Origin: an uncultured virus (IMG/VR IMGVR_UViG_3300027976_000026)
Taxonomy: Duplodnaviria; Heunggongvirae; Uroviricota; Caudoviricetes; Straboviridae
Strand: one strand, 5' to 3'
DNA: 64,000 bases
IMG/VR virus record: IMGVR_UViG_3300027976_000026
Part shown: positions 18,616 to 28,802 of the stretch, one piece after another
How the letters are laid out: every line of letters begins with the position of its first letter
Numbering within the stretch: the first letter of the stretch is position 1
Made by a program: the position numbers and the translations under genes
The notes under the pieces: generated by a model
What the model saw: only the letters and a program-made list of their open reading frames with translations
Databases searched by the model: none
What the model was told of the DNA's origin: nothing

Positions 18616-20487
18616 TCACCACCCGAATTCACGCAAAAGTCGGTCATTGTTCCTCTGAACATTAAAAAGAACGCCAGGCAGGACAGTATCTTTATCAGGT
18701 GCTAAAAGGTCTATTTCATCATCCATGAGGAAATCTTCTGGTTTTCCTTCCATCAACTCACGTTTGATTTCTTCGTACACTTGAGCTTTTAGCGTTGCCG
18801 TAACTTCTTTCGGAACCTCTGCTCCAAATGGTATGTCTCGCAGCATGGAATCACGGACATAAAGAGCCATACACATAGACATAATAGCGTCGTCGTGCTT
18901 GCCTTTCTGAGCTTCTGCTTTTCGAGTGACAGGGTTGTACTCAAAAGTCTGGAGTTCCATGACGAACCGCATACTGTTAATTCGGACAGTTTGATTCAAT
19001 AGCCTATTTTGGAGAGATTCCAAATACAGAGATCGGTTCGCAACACCGATTTTGATACCGGGCTTCACATTGGCCGATTTAAGACTTTCATAAAAGAGAT
19101 TCTCATAAAACAAAGTAAATTGCAAATTGCTCAATACGGCACCACCTGGACCCATATTTTCGACAACAACAAGAGCATTGTTGTAATAAATGCCCACTTC
19201 GTTCATTACTTGAGCGAATTCGTGGGGAACGATAATGTTGGAATAGAACTCAGCAACTTGTTCTAAGGTTGCTGTGTCAATTACCTGGAAACAGCAGTTG
19301 TCATTATTGTTGCCTTGCCCTTCAGAAGCGTCAGCGCCAATGATGTATTCATGACCATCAATTGGCTCTTTCCAAACCCACATAGCCCCCTTGTTGTGAT
19401 CTTCACTCTCAAGCACGGCAATACGGCCTGATTTGTTGACCCATTTTGGGAACAGTTTACGACTAGGGTAATTATTTCTGGTTTGTTCTGTAAGTTGCGT
19501 AATGATTTTGGCAGAGAAGTAGGTGTCACCAGAGCCGAGAAACTCTCGCAATACTTCCTGTAAGAAGCCTTTCTCTCCAAGCTGGGCCTTTTGTTCTTTG
19601 ACCCATTCATCATCGTTGTAGTCTGGGTGTTCCCAATAGTCTAAGTCGATGACGTTGAATCTATTTTGTTTTTCTTGTGCCTCGTGATACGTTTGTTCGT
19701 ACCAATTGCCAAGACCATTGACCGTCGAAACAAGGGTGCAACCACCACCCGTCGATAGAATAGGCCACATAGCCTTCCAGTGCTTGTCCATATCATCAAT
19801 GAACGCTGCTTCGTCCACAATCAAGAACGTAACGGACTTACCACGAGCGGCTTCAGGAGAGTGAAACTTTAAGGCCGATCCCGTATCTGTGAACATTTTC
19901 ATGTGGTCATTCCACTTCCCATCTTTCTTAGGCTTTAGCCATTCAGGGAAGTTTTCAATGGAACGATCCACCATCATTCCAATATCGGTGGCGTCACGGT
20001 CGGTTCGCCCCAATATCATGATCTGTTGGTCGAGTTGGAACATGCACCGCCACATGCCCCACAAAAGAGTAACTGTGGTCAGGCCCCCTTGACGAAATTT
20101 ACTGATGATGTTAAATCGGTGGTCTTCGTATTCTTGAATGACTTTACGCTGATAGTTATAAAGAACGAACGGAATCAAACCGTCCATAGGGTGAAGAATC
20201 TTCACATATTTGTGGCAAAAATAAGCGAAGCTGTTATAACACTTGATGATTTCTTTTCTTTGGCGATCAGCGTCGTAGGCTTCAACACTCTCTATCGTCT
20301 CGTCTGGGTCGATTTCGAGTTCATATTTGTCCAGAGTGAAATAATCTGGGTCGTATTGGAGGCGGCTTTTCTTGCCCTCTCCTCGCTTCAGGATTTTTCC
20401 CCCATGTTTGTAGAAATCTTCAAGGGTTTTATGCCTTGAACGCCAGATAGAGTCACGTTTGCTCTTGAAAAACACAGGTTGATCCAT
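18616..20487 (-). CDS. terminase large subunit (T4 gp17-like)
   Basis: LYNYQ, KFRQGGLTT (Walker A), LIVDEAAF (Walker B), VSTVNG, GADASEG, VVENMG, HDDAIMS. Confidence 0.95.
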   Translation of the reverse strand: MDQPVFFKSKRDSIWRSRHKTLEDFYKHGGKILKRGEGKKSRLQYDPDYFTLDKYELEIDPDETIESVEAYDADRQRKEIIKCYNSFAYFCHKYVKILHPMDGLIPFVLYNYQRKVIQEYEDHRFNIISKFRQGGLTTVTLLWGMWRCMFQLDQQIMILGRTDRDATDIGMMVDRSIENFPEWLKPKKDGKWNDHMKMFTDTGSALKFHSPEAARGKSVTFLIVDEAAFIDDMDKHWKAMWPILSTGGGCTLVSTVNGLGNWYEQTYHEAQEKQNRFNVIDLDYWEHPDYNDDEWVKEQKAQLGEKGFLQEVLREFLGSGDTYFSAKIITQLTEQTRNNYPSRKLFPKWVNKSGRIAVLESEDHNKGAMWVWKEPIDGHEYIIGADASEGQGNNNDNCCFQVIDTATLEQVAEFYSNIIVPHEFAQVMNEVGIYYNNALVVVENMGPGGAVLSNLQFTLFYENLFYESLKSANVKPGIKIGVANRSLYLESLQNRLLNQTVRINSMRFVMELQTFEYNPVTRKAEAQKGKHDDAIMSMCMALYVRDSMLRDIPFGAEVPKEVTATLKAQVYEEIKRELMEGKPEDFLMDDEIDLLAPDKDTVLPGVLFNVQRNNDRLLREFGW

Positions 20488-20581
20488 TATATTCCTTTTC
20501 TAATTAAAGCGGCGTCCAGCTTCCTTGTAGGTAGTTTGGACAGAATATATAGCCAACACGCTAATAAATCAGGGTTTTGCT

Positions 20582-21712
20582 ATGCGTAAGCTGCAACTCG
20601 TTGTCATTGCTTTGAGTATTTTTTTGCTTGCCGTCTATGTTGGCAAGCGTATGGTTGTCGTACCACCAGTTGTGCAAAAGGAATTTGTACCACCCAAAAA
20701 ACCTTTGCTGCCTCCTGAAGTCAAACCGCCGCCAAAGAAGACTTATGATGAAGCCATTGCCGATATTTCCGAGGAAGAACTTCAAAAGCACTTGGAATAT
20801 TTGTGTTCTGCGGAATTAGAAGGTCGGATGTCTGGCAAAAAAGGAAATGTTATTGCTGCCGTATATCTTAAAAAGATATACGAGAGCTTTGGACTCGACA
20901 CGAATTACCAAAAATTCAATATTCAAAGAATGAATGCCGGGCCAAAAAATGAAACAGGTGATGACTTCACACAAAACATCATTGCTTGGATCGAAGGAAC
21001 CGAAATAAAAGATGAGATCGTAGTGGTTGGCGCACACATGGACCATATTGGGTGGGGGCCATCTATGAGTCGATCAGGGGGAAGAAAAATACACCCTGGG
21101 GCCGATGACAACGCATCTGGCACTGTGGCTTTACTTCAAATCGCCAAAACCTTCGCATCTTTACGAGGACAAAATAAAAGAACTGTCGTATTCATGTCTT
21201 TTAGTGCGGAAGAAATGGGATTGATTGGATCACGATATTATTGCGACAATCCACTGTTCCCGCAGGGCAGTCCAAATATACGCAATCACATATTCATGCT
21301 CAATATGGATATGGTTGGATATTTGGGCAAGGCTCGCACCGCAGTCGCATTCAACGAGGGAGAAAGTTCTCCTGATGTGTCCAGCATCATCGGAGAGTTG
21401 AGTGGCAAATACTCATTTGCTAAAAGCATAACAGGCAGAAGTAGTGGAGGCAGCGATCATGCCAGCTTCTACAATAAGAAAGTGCCAATTGCATTCTTGC
21501 ATACTGGAATGCACGACTATTATCACACGCCGAGAGACACAGCGGATAAAATCAATTTCGCTGGCATTGAAAAAGTGGCAAAGTATGGATTTGAATTGGC
21601 TTGGAAAGTCACCAATTCTACTACAAAGCCATCGTTTAATTACGGTGCATTCAGAGAGATGGAATACACTCATGACCACGGACACAAAGATACACCCTTT
21701 CACAAGGAATGA
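20582..21712 (+). CDS. membrane-anchored M28 family metallopeptidase
   Basis: N-terminal TM helix; LEGR, GAHMDH, GADDNASG, SAEEMGLIGS, NMDMVG, SDHASF, YHTPRD. Confidence 0.92.
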   Translation: MRKLQLVVIALSIFLLAVYVGKRMVVVPPVVQKEFVPPKKPLLPPEVKPPPKKTYDEAIADISEEELQKHLEYLCSAELEGRMSGKKGNVIAAVYLKKIYESFGLDTNYQKFNIQRMNAGPKNETGDDFTQNIIAWIEGTEIKDEIVVVGAHMDHIGWGPSMSRSGGRKIHPGADDNASGTVALLQIAKTFASLRGQNKRTVVFMSFSAEEMGLIGSRYYCDNPLFPQGSPNIRNHIFMLNMDMVGYLGKARTAVAFNEGESSPDVSSIIGELSGKYSFAKSITGRSSGGSDHASFYNKKVPIAFLHTGMHDYYHTPRDTADKINFAGIEKVAKYGFELAWKVTNSTTKPSFNYGAFREMEYTHDHGHKDTPFHKE

Positions 21713-22149
21713 TTGAAATGATGACGAAAGAAAAGCTAATCCAATTGTTGAATTGCGATCTTAAAAACGAATGGAAACATTTACGTTTTTACTTGTACCA
21801 TGCCAGCGCCGTAACTGGATTGCATTGCGCCGAATACAAGGAACTGTTTCTCAAAGAGGCAGCATCAGAAATGCTGCATGTCACACAATTCTCAGACGTT
21901 ATCATTGGATTAGGTGGAGTTGCCACTTTTGAGTCGAATGAATTTGGGAAATTCTCTGATCCTAAAGACATCATGGAATACGCAGTGACGATGGAAGATG
22001 ATGTCGTCAAGAATTATGTTCAAAGAATGAAAGATGCCGATGATTTGGGCGGCGTCGATGGAACTTGGCTTGAAATCTTCCTCGAAGGACAAGTTCAAGC
22101 CAGTCGTGAAGACCTGGATCACTTCAAGCAAATCGTGCGTGGACTCTAA
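21709..22149 (+). CDS. ferritin-like (bacterioferritin-type) diiron protein
   Basis: LNCDLKNE..Y, SEMLH, IIGLGG, MEDD..Y, EDLDH. Confidence 0.75.
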   Translation: MIEMMTKEKLIQLLNCDLKNEWKHLRFYLYHASAVTGLHCAEYKELFLKEAASEMLHVTQFSDVIIGLGGVATFESNEFGKFSDPKDIMEYAVTMEDDVVKNYVQRMKDADDLGGVDGTWLEIFLEGQVQASREDLDHFKQIVRGL

Positions 22150-22289
22150 AAACAAAGTATAAAAATGCCCACGGAAATATTGTTCAAAGTTCCGTTGACC
22201 GACAATCGGTTTTCAAATAAACTATTGAGTAATTCCAAATATGCGGCAGAACTGCTCAACTAAATTCTGAAGAAGTGAGAGGAAACAAG

Positions 22290-22592
22290 ATGAAGTACGA
22301 AATCGTAAAAAACATGCCTGTTGCTCGTTTCTGGTATAAGGGTACACATACTCATCCAGTGCGAAGAACCATCCTGATTATTGAACAAACCAGGGATTTA
22401 ATACGTGGATATGAACTCCGGGAAGGTCGAGTCATCAGAACTGCGGGAAAAGCACCTGTAAAGACCTACAGGCGTGACCGTATTGCCAAGGGCGTGTCTC
22501 TCCGAACGGATAGCCCTATTAGGAAGCTGAACCCTAACAAAAGCACATTGGTTAGGAAGCCACTTCTCGATATTATCGAGACGGGTGCCTAA
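22290..22592 (+). CDS. small basic protein, WYL-like SH3 fold
   Basis: RFWY..PVRR..LIRGY..KTYRRDRI resembles the WYL R(T/S)FRxDRI motif. Confidence 0.45.
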   Translation: MKYEIVKNMPVARFWYKGTHTHPVRRTILIIEQTRDLIRGYELREGRVIRTAGKAPVKTYRRDRIAKGVSLRTDSPIRKLNPNKSTLVRKPLLDIIETGA

Positions 22593-22694
22593 GCCTTGCT
22601 CTTGCCCGGTAAGTTTCTCAAAAAAATACCCGTCACGCTCTAAATACAGGAGCAAGATGGGTATTTCTTTTTGAACTTGAAATGAAGGTAAACA

Positions 22695-23735
22695 ATGTCA
22701 TTCTTCCAAAATCTATTTGACGCTGAATATGAAGGCTATTGGGCGCTAGGCGACTACAAAGGGTATTCTCTTACCTTCAAAGTCCCAGCAAACAAAAATA
22801 AAGGCGAGGCATTCATTGCCTGGAACGTAGAGCCTTATGATCTATCAGCCAGCGGGAATCTAACGATCAATTTTGCCTATGATCCAGACTTCAAAAACTT
22901 TGCCTCATTAACCGTAAACGTGGCAGGTGCGACACCTGGAGCGACACTAGCATCTGAAATCAGAGATATTCTGAATAGCACGACTGGTTTTTCGGATTGG
23001 TTTGTGGCAGGAATTGATAACGCCACAAGAGGCGGCGGGGAGCGGGCTGGTGGCCCATTTCGTTTATTTATCCGTCAAAAGAAAGGCAACACCGCTTTCC
23101 GCACTTACGTCTCAAATACAGGCGCAGAACTCAAGCTCAAGTTCAATAAGTTCGCTGGCGTTGCCGATATTCCCTCTTACTTCGAGAAGGATAGCATCGC
23201 CAATCGTTTTGCTACGCCTGAATCAAACGGAAGATTGATTCGCCTTAGTCATGCAATAAGTGGAAATACCGCTGCAAATCCATCTGTGATTACATCAACT
23301 GCTCACGGCTTGACAACGAATGACGTAGTGTATTTTGTAGACTCCAACAGCACGCCAACTCTCAGTGGCTCCATAGTAGTCGCTGTAACTGGAGCAGACA
23401 CATTCACGGTGCCAGTAAACGTAACAACGGCTGGGACAACAGGTGAATGGCTGACTGCAAGTGAATATGAAATGGTGACAGATTATGGCCTAGACTATAG
23501 TGCCATGTTAGGCGATTGGGCGCATTTGCGAGGCCGGACCAGCAGCTATATGTTCACTAAGAATACGCTTGATGGATCAAGTCGCATCACAACGCAAATT
23601 GTTTGGCAGGCTGGAGCAAAGGCCGGACAATTGGCAAAGAAGATTGCCAATACTTATTCAGGTGCCAGCACAACACCAAGTACAACAATTGAATTGCCAT
23701 ATGTGTTGACGGCTAGTGACTTGATAACGCCTTAA
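22695..23735 (+). CDS. probable virion structural protein
   Basis: T/G/A/S-rich; ANPSVITSTAHGLTTNDVVY motif common in phage tail proteins. Confidence 0.6.
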   Translation: MSFFQNLFDAEYEGYWALGDYKGYSLTFKVPANKNKGEAFIAWNVEPYDLSASGNLTINFAYDPDFKNFASLTVNVAGATPGATLASEIRDILNSTTGFSDWFVAGIDNATRGGGERAGGPFRLFIRQKKGNTAFRTYVSNTGAELKLKFNKFAGVADIPSYFEKDSIANRFATPESNGRLIRLSHAISGNTAANPSVITSTAHGLTTNDVVYFVDSNSTPTLSGSIVVAVTGADTFTVPVNVTTAGTTGEWLTASEYEMVTDYGLDYSAMLGDWAHLRGRTSSYMFTKNTLDGSSRITTQIVWQAGAKAGQLAKKIANTYSGASTTPSTTIELPYVLTASDLITP

Positions 23736-23948
23736 AGTCAGGTAAGTCCCAAGAGGCAGCAGATTTCTGAAGCTCGTACATTGATGAGCGAGAATGCGAA
23801 ACAGTTGCTATGGATGCTGGCTTGATCTTCGCAACAACAATATCGGTATAACCAAAAGGGAGATTGTGCAAAGTAATAGCACAACCTCCCCATGTTGTTG
23901 ATTCTAACAATGACCGCCAGCCTTCAATTGGCATGGTTATATCCTAGC

Positions 23949-24563
23949 TTACATAAAGAAAATTATGTATCCAAGACCTATGACCTGAGCCGCAATAACT
24001 CCCAGCAATACCTTGTCCATCATTGACATTTCGCCGGAGTCAACACGACTCGCAATCTCATCGGCCAAACCAAGACTGTTTAGGCGACCGGCAAGGCTAC
24101 CTGGGCTTGGCATGGACTGTGCGTGAATTGTTGGAGCCGCTTCCCGAACGACTTCCCGAATCGGGGCTGTCTCACGAGTTGCTTTAATAGCTGCAACAAT
24201 TGTTTCAACCATTTCATCTTTGGTGACGTGGCAATCACAGTCGTCTTGCACAGATAGTGCGGATACGCTCTTGGCAGAAGCAATGTGCTCTACCAATTGC
24301 ATTTGAACTTTGGGTTCAATAGATTCAACCCTTTGCTCTACAACATTACCTGTCATTGGATCAAGAGTTTCAACCTTACGTTCGTAAACAATAGGCTTAC
24401 TCTTTTCCACTACACGCTGCTGGAGTCTAAGCGGTCGCTCATCTTCGACGTGCAATTCGACTACTCGTTCGGACTGCCCGTTTTCAGAAGCATTTTCCGT
24501 GACCCGACGCTCGGCTCGACGGCCATCATCCAGCGTCCATTTTTCAGTTTTGAAGTCATCCAT
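23949..24563 (-). CDS. hypothetical protein with C-terminal TM helix
   Basis: AGGAG RBS; hydrophobic C-terminus VLLGVIAAQVIGLGYIIFFM. Confidence 0.7.
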   Translation of the reverse strand: MDDFKTEKWTLDDGRRAERRVTENASENGQSERVVELHVEDERPLRLQQRVVEKSKPIVYERKVETLDPMTGNVVEQRVESIEPKVQMQLVEHIASAKSVSALSVQDDCDCHVTKDEMVETIVAAIKATRETAPIREVVREAAPTIHAQSMPSPGSLAGRLNSLGLADEIASRVDSGEMSMMDKVLLGVIAAQVIGLGYIIFFM

Positions 24564-24616
24564 AATTATTCTCCTGTTTATGAAGAGACGGTCTATCAGT
24601 ATGTATCCTCGTCAGA

Positions 24617-24976
24617 TCAAATTTTGAGACGTACTTTAACTTCGGATATTACTACCGTAGAACCGACTAATAGTTCCCCTGCCGTATATTCGGCAAGAGC
24701 TTTGGCTTTTTCTTTGTTTGCTGCCCGAACATCCGGGAGATTTTTATATTCAATCCCTAAACCCCGATTATATCGGACAATTACAGTCCAATCCGCCATT
24801 TGGGGGGCATTAAGCATAACTTCAGCAGCTTCAACGGCAAACTCATAACTGTCATACTCGGTTTCTTTGATGACAATTAGGTTGGACGGGACGGCTTCTT
24901 TTTTGACGATAAATTTACCATTGTACGGGTAAATCATAAATCCATTTAACAATAGATCACGCAGGATGTCGTTCAT
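24617..24976 (-). CDS. hypothetical protein
   Basis: AGGAG RBS. Confidence 0.65.
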   Translation of the reverse strand: MNDILRDLLLNGFMIYPYNGKFIVKKEAVPSNLIVIKETEYDSYEFAVEAAEVMLNAPQMADWTVIVRYNRGLGIEYKNLPDVRAANKEKAKALAEYTAGELLVGSTVVISEVKVRLKI

Positions 24977-25022
24977 AGGATTGCTCCTTTTCCGTATGTA
25001 TTCATTTCAAATATCTCTTTCG

Positions 25023-25541
25023 TTACAGTCCCCATTTTAACTTCAAGTATTCAAGTATTTCGGTTCTTTTCTTTTGATTTGACTCGATTAACTTGGCCCG
25101 ATCAATCGGACGCTGCTGTCGCTCTGATTTTCTAGCGAGAGAAGAAAGTGTTTCTATTTTATCTTCCCAGGCAGGATCAGGCGCATAGCCTTCCAATTCG
25201 CCAGCGATTTCCTTGTAAACAATTCTGCCTTCGTACCTGCAAGTGATCTCTCGCAAATGATAAGCGACTGAAATGGTTAGATTCATTCCACGAGTCAGAC
25301 CATCGAATTGTTGTCCAACTTCATAGGAATTCTGATCTTCTTCCATCATAGGAATATCATCAGCTTCAGGAATTTCATAGGGATCATCAATAAAGCTCTG
25401 CTCAAACACACGACTTCCTTGATGGAATATTGGCTGACCAACATATTTGGCGATGCTGCAAAATTTGCCCTCTAAGCCCATGTAACCTTTTTTCATGGCT
25501 TCGATGGTACGAGCTTCTTTAATCTGATGTTCTCTACTCAT
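25023..25541 (-). CDS. hypothetical protein
   Basis: GAGG RBS. Confidence 0.65.
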   Translation of the reverse strand: MSREHQIKEARTIEAMKKGYMGLEGKFCSIAKYVGQPIFHQGSRVFEQSFIDDPYEIPEADDIPMMEEDQNSYEVGQQFDGLTRGMNLTISVAYHLREITCRYEGRIVYKEIAGELEGYAPDPAWEDKIETLSSLARKSERQQRPIDRAKLIESNQKKRTEILEYLKLKWGL

Positions 25542-25597
25542 GATTCATTCCTCTTTTGGATATATACCAATGTCTTTGAAAACAAAAGGAGATTGGT

Positions 25598-27328
25598 ATG
25601 CTTAAAGGAATAATCAACTGGATTAAAAATCTAGGAAAGACAGCGGACGCTGTGACTGCTCAAGCAATTATTGTCAACAGAAAATCACGTCCTGTGACGC
25701 CACAACGTCCTACAGACCCGAACACCAAGGTTTATCTAAACGACCCGATTTATCCCAATTTAGTCGTCAATGAATTAGAGCCAAGAGACACAATGTTAGC
25801 AATGCGATCTCTTGGAGAAATGGGAGGCGGGTATCCATTGGGCAGTCTTCAGCAACAAGCGCTTGCTTTGAAGATTATGGTTCACAACGCCCTGGTTTAC
25901 ATGGCAGGAAAATCTCCTAAACAAATCAAACAATGGGCAGCAGTACAATCATTGATTTTGATGCCTCGTGCTGGAAAAGACCTCAACGCCTACTATGACC
26001 GTGGTTCACTGCGATTTTTCTTCTTTGGCGATCCAAAAATGAATAAGAATGTTTTTGCTTGCGATGCACGCCCGGTTGTGGTGCATGAATTTGGACATGC
26101 GTTTCTGGATATTCTACGTCCAGATTGGTGGGACACACAAGCTGTTGAAGTCTGGGCTTTTCATGAAGCATTTGGCGACATGACAGCGACTTTGATTTCT
26201 TTGCAATACGACGCATTGATCGACCACGCCATTACAGAAACAAATGGCGACTTGATGAAATCCAACATCTTGACACGTCTCGCTGCTGAAATGGGAACAG
26301 GACTACATCACATCACAGAAGGCAAGAATGGCGAATTGCTAAACTGCCTACGAGATATGACCCAATACTTCAAATATACAGAACCAGAAAAATTACCAGG
26401 AAAAGGTCGAGATGACCAACTCCTAAGCGAGTCTCACAGCTTCAGCCGTGTATTTACAGGAGCGTTCTGGGAGATATTGGTTCGTATTGGCGTGGCTCAC
26501 ATTAACCAGGGATACGTTTTGCGTGATGGCATGAAATTGTCCAGAGACATTATTGCACATTACTTGTTAAAGGCTGTCGTTCAAGTTCCAACCACAGTTC
26601 GATTATTTGATGCAATGGCACAACAAATATTGGCAATCGACCATGCCGAGGGTGGAAAATATCAAACAATTATTCGTGAAGTGTTTTCTCAGAGAGGCAT
26701 TCTTCGTCAACAAGTCATGATGTTGGAAGATGTTGACATTGATGCTGTCCTGAAGGACATTCAGGAGCCACACGAGGTTCAAATGCACGGAGATTTGAAA
26801 ATCGTTCGCACACTTACAACCAAAACAATGAGGTTGTCGGATAAACTTGGTCCAGTAACGGCCTTGGATGCAAATCCATTGTTTGATCTGGAAATCAGCG
26901 TGCCAGATCAAACAGCATATTATTTCGACAACGATAAATTGGTAGGGGTATCAGAATCCAATGAAGGGGAAATCCTGGATGCTGCGTATGCCTGCCTACG
27001 GCTGTTAAATGATGACGATTTGGTTGGCGATCATGATTCGGCATTGTTTGAAAACAGACACGGAAAGCTAATGAGAAAGCAGATCGTTTGCACCTGTGCA
27101 AAACCGAATTATTGTGACGCAAACGCTCCTGAATATGGAAAGCCGTGGAAACCAGCAAATAACTCTGGGTGCGTGGCCTGCCATAATGACAATTGCAAGC
27201 CTAGATCATGCGATTGTGACCCTGTGCCAACAACACCGGCCCCGAAAGTTGGTTGTTACACCACGGTTAGGGCCGGAGGTCGAACAACATATAAATATGG
27301 CAGCAATGCGTCAAGAAAAGTCTGTTAA
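25598..27328 (+). CDS. gluzincin metalloprotease (M4/M36-like) with Cys-rich C-terminus
   Basis: NAYYD, VVVHEFGHA, AFHEAFGD, LRDM, ESHSFS. Confidence 0.8.
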   Translation: MLKGIINWIKNLGKTADAVTAQAIIVNRKSRPVTPQRPTDPNTKVYLNDPIYPNLVVNELEPRDTMLAMRSLGEMGGGYPLGSLQQQALALKIMVHNALVYMAGKSPKQIKQWAAVQSLILMPRAGKDLNAYYDRGSLRFFFFGDPKMNKNVFACDARPVVVHEFGHAFLDILRPDWWDTQAVEVWAFHEAFGDMTATLISLQYDALIDHAITETNGDLMKSNILTRLAAEMGTGLHHITEGKNGELLNCLRDMTQYFKYTEPEKLPGKGRDDQLLSESHSFSRVFTGAFWEILVRIGVAHINQGYVLRDGMKLSRDIIAHYLLKAVVQVPTTVRLFDAMAQQILAIDHAEGGKYQTIIREVFSQRGILRQQVMMLEDVDIDAVLKDIQEPHEVQMHGDLKIVRTLTTKTMRLSDKLGPVTALDANPLFDLEISVPDQTAYYFDNDKLVGVSESNEGEILDAAYACLRLLNDDDLVGDHDSALFENRHGKLMRKQIVCTCAKPNYCDANAPEYGKPWKPANNSGCVACHNDNCKPRSCDCDPVPTTPAPKVGCYTTVRAGGRTTYKYGSNASRKVC

Positions 27329-27330
27329 AC

Positions 27331-27774
27331 CTATTGACCAGATTGCCGTCTTTGTTTACGTTTTGTCGGTTTGCCTTGGTCGTCAAAGTCGATAGTGTTG
27401 GTGTTTGAGTCAATTTGACCATACACCAATTCTGTATAAGGCTTGTTGCCCATGAAGTTTATGCGAATTTTGACCTCAGTGATGTGCGGTTTTACTTGTC
27501 GGATGACGATTTTGAATTTATCACCTTCGCCAGCCACTATGTAGCGACCGCCATCTTTTGTAGGTTCATCCTTTATAATTGGGTGATCCAATTCTTTTAA
27601 GGATATTTTCGTTGCCCGATACAGAGTATGGGCTTCCTCGTTATAATATTTGTGGGCTTCACCGTCTTTCCACATGATTACGCCCGTAACAATTGGGCTG
27701 ATAATCAATGGGGCTGCGGTGCAACCTGAGAAAAATGGCAAACACAAAGACAAAAATAGCAATAGTTTTTTCAT
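27331..27774 (-). CDS. lipoprotein (DUF3568-like)
   Basis: Lipobox FSGC after a hydrophobic signal; LY.AT..SL.EL and TEVKIRI. Confidence 0.6.
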   Translation of the reverse strand: MKKLLLFLSLCLPFFSGCTAAPLIISPIVTGVIMWKDGEAHKYYNEEAHTLYRATKISLKELDHPIIKDEPTKDGGRYIVAGEGDKFKIVIRQVKPHITEVKIRINFMGNKPYTELVYGQIDSNTNTIDFDDQGKPTKRKQRRQSGQ

Positions 27775-27828
27775 AGGCTCCTCCTATGATATGTATTGCC
27801 GTCACCATCAAAAAAAGGAGAATCAACC

Positions 27829-28155
27829 ATGAGCGGCCTGTACTACAGCAATTGTGAACTCGATTTCGACACTGAAGAGGATCGCATTATCTTTGCCCAA
27901 GACGAAGATTGGGATGAAGACGAAGAAGACGAAGAAGACAATGACGACGATGATGACGATGATAACGATCTTCTTGATGACGATGATGACGATGATGACG
28001 ATGATGACGATGATGACGACGATCTTCTCGACGATGATGACGATGATGACGATCTCGACGACGATTGGGATGATGACGAAGATGACGATGACGATTGGGA
28101 CGATGACGATGACGAAGACGAAGACGACGAAGACGAAGACGAAGACGATGAGTAA
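27829..28155 (+). CDS. extremely acidic Asp/Glu-rich protein
   Basis: AGGAG RBS; GAY/GAA codon array punctuated by W and L. Confidence 0.7.
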   Translation: MSGLYYSNCELDFDTEEDRIIFAQDEDWDEDEEDEEDNDDDDDDDNDLLDDDDDDDDDDDDDDDDLLDDDDDDDDLDDDWDDDEDDDDDWDDDDDEDEDDEDEDEDDE

Positions 28156-28784
28156 TGACTCCTGCAATTGAATACTTAATTCGCACCGATCTCATCAAAG
28201 AGTGGCTTGTCGTTCCGTGTTCAATATTCCTCTGCAATAGAAGCGATTATCAAAAAGTAGTCGTGACTATTGCAGAGGAATTCAAGCCTAGCGACCACTA
28301 TTCGGTGAAGCATTGGCATCTCAATAGATGTTCAGAGGAACAAGCTCTGCCATTTATGGACGAATGCCGTGTATCCAAAGATTTGGTATTCAATCACTCG
28401 GCAACGATACTGCCAAATCATCTTTTGCTTACTTATCATCAAGAATCAATAGCATCACATCACAACAGCTTTCGACAGCCCATGTCTCCTGAGTTGTATG
28501 ATTATTACTTTGAAAACACGACAGAAAGCACACTTCACACCAAAAAGCGGTTAAACTGGCTTTGGAGAGAGTTTGTTCGCACCTACGCTCCTCAATTATC
28601 TTCCTGCCAAGGCTATATATCTAATGTATATCGTTCGGATGCGAGCCTTGCAGATGAGCAACGGAATCTTGTTTGCAAGTATATGAAAAGACAATGGAAG
28701 TTCTGGCTAATGTGGCAAAAGCATTTGCTATTAGCGCCTGGAGAACTTGTCTTTTATAAGGAGTATCTGAACGTAATCGACTAA
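28155..28784 (+). CDS. hypothetical protein
   Basis: TAATG overlap with the upstream gene. Confidence 0.6.
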   Translation: MTPAIEYLIRTDLIKEWLVVPCSIFLCNRSDYQKVVVTIAEEFKPSDHYSVKHWHLNRCSEEQALPFMDECRVSKDLVFNHSATILPNHLLLTYHQESIASHHNSFRQPMSPELYDYYFENTTESTLHTKKRLNWLWREFVRTYAPQLSSCQGYISNVYRSDASLADEQRNLVCKYMKRQWKFWLMWQKHLLLAPGELVFYKEYLNVID

Positions 28785-28802
28785 TGCACGAGCAGGAGGC
28801 TC

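Noticed and set aside
27823..28237. Alternative-frame ORFs (poly-Ile/Val, poly-Met/Thr, poly-His/Arg)
   Set aside because: Shadows of the GAY codon array; only the acidic frame has an RBS.
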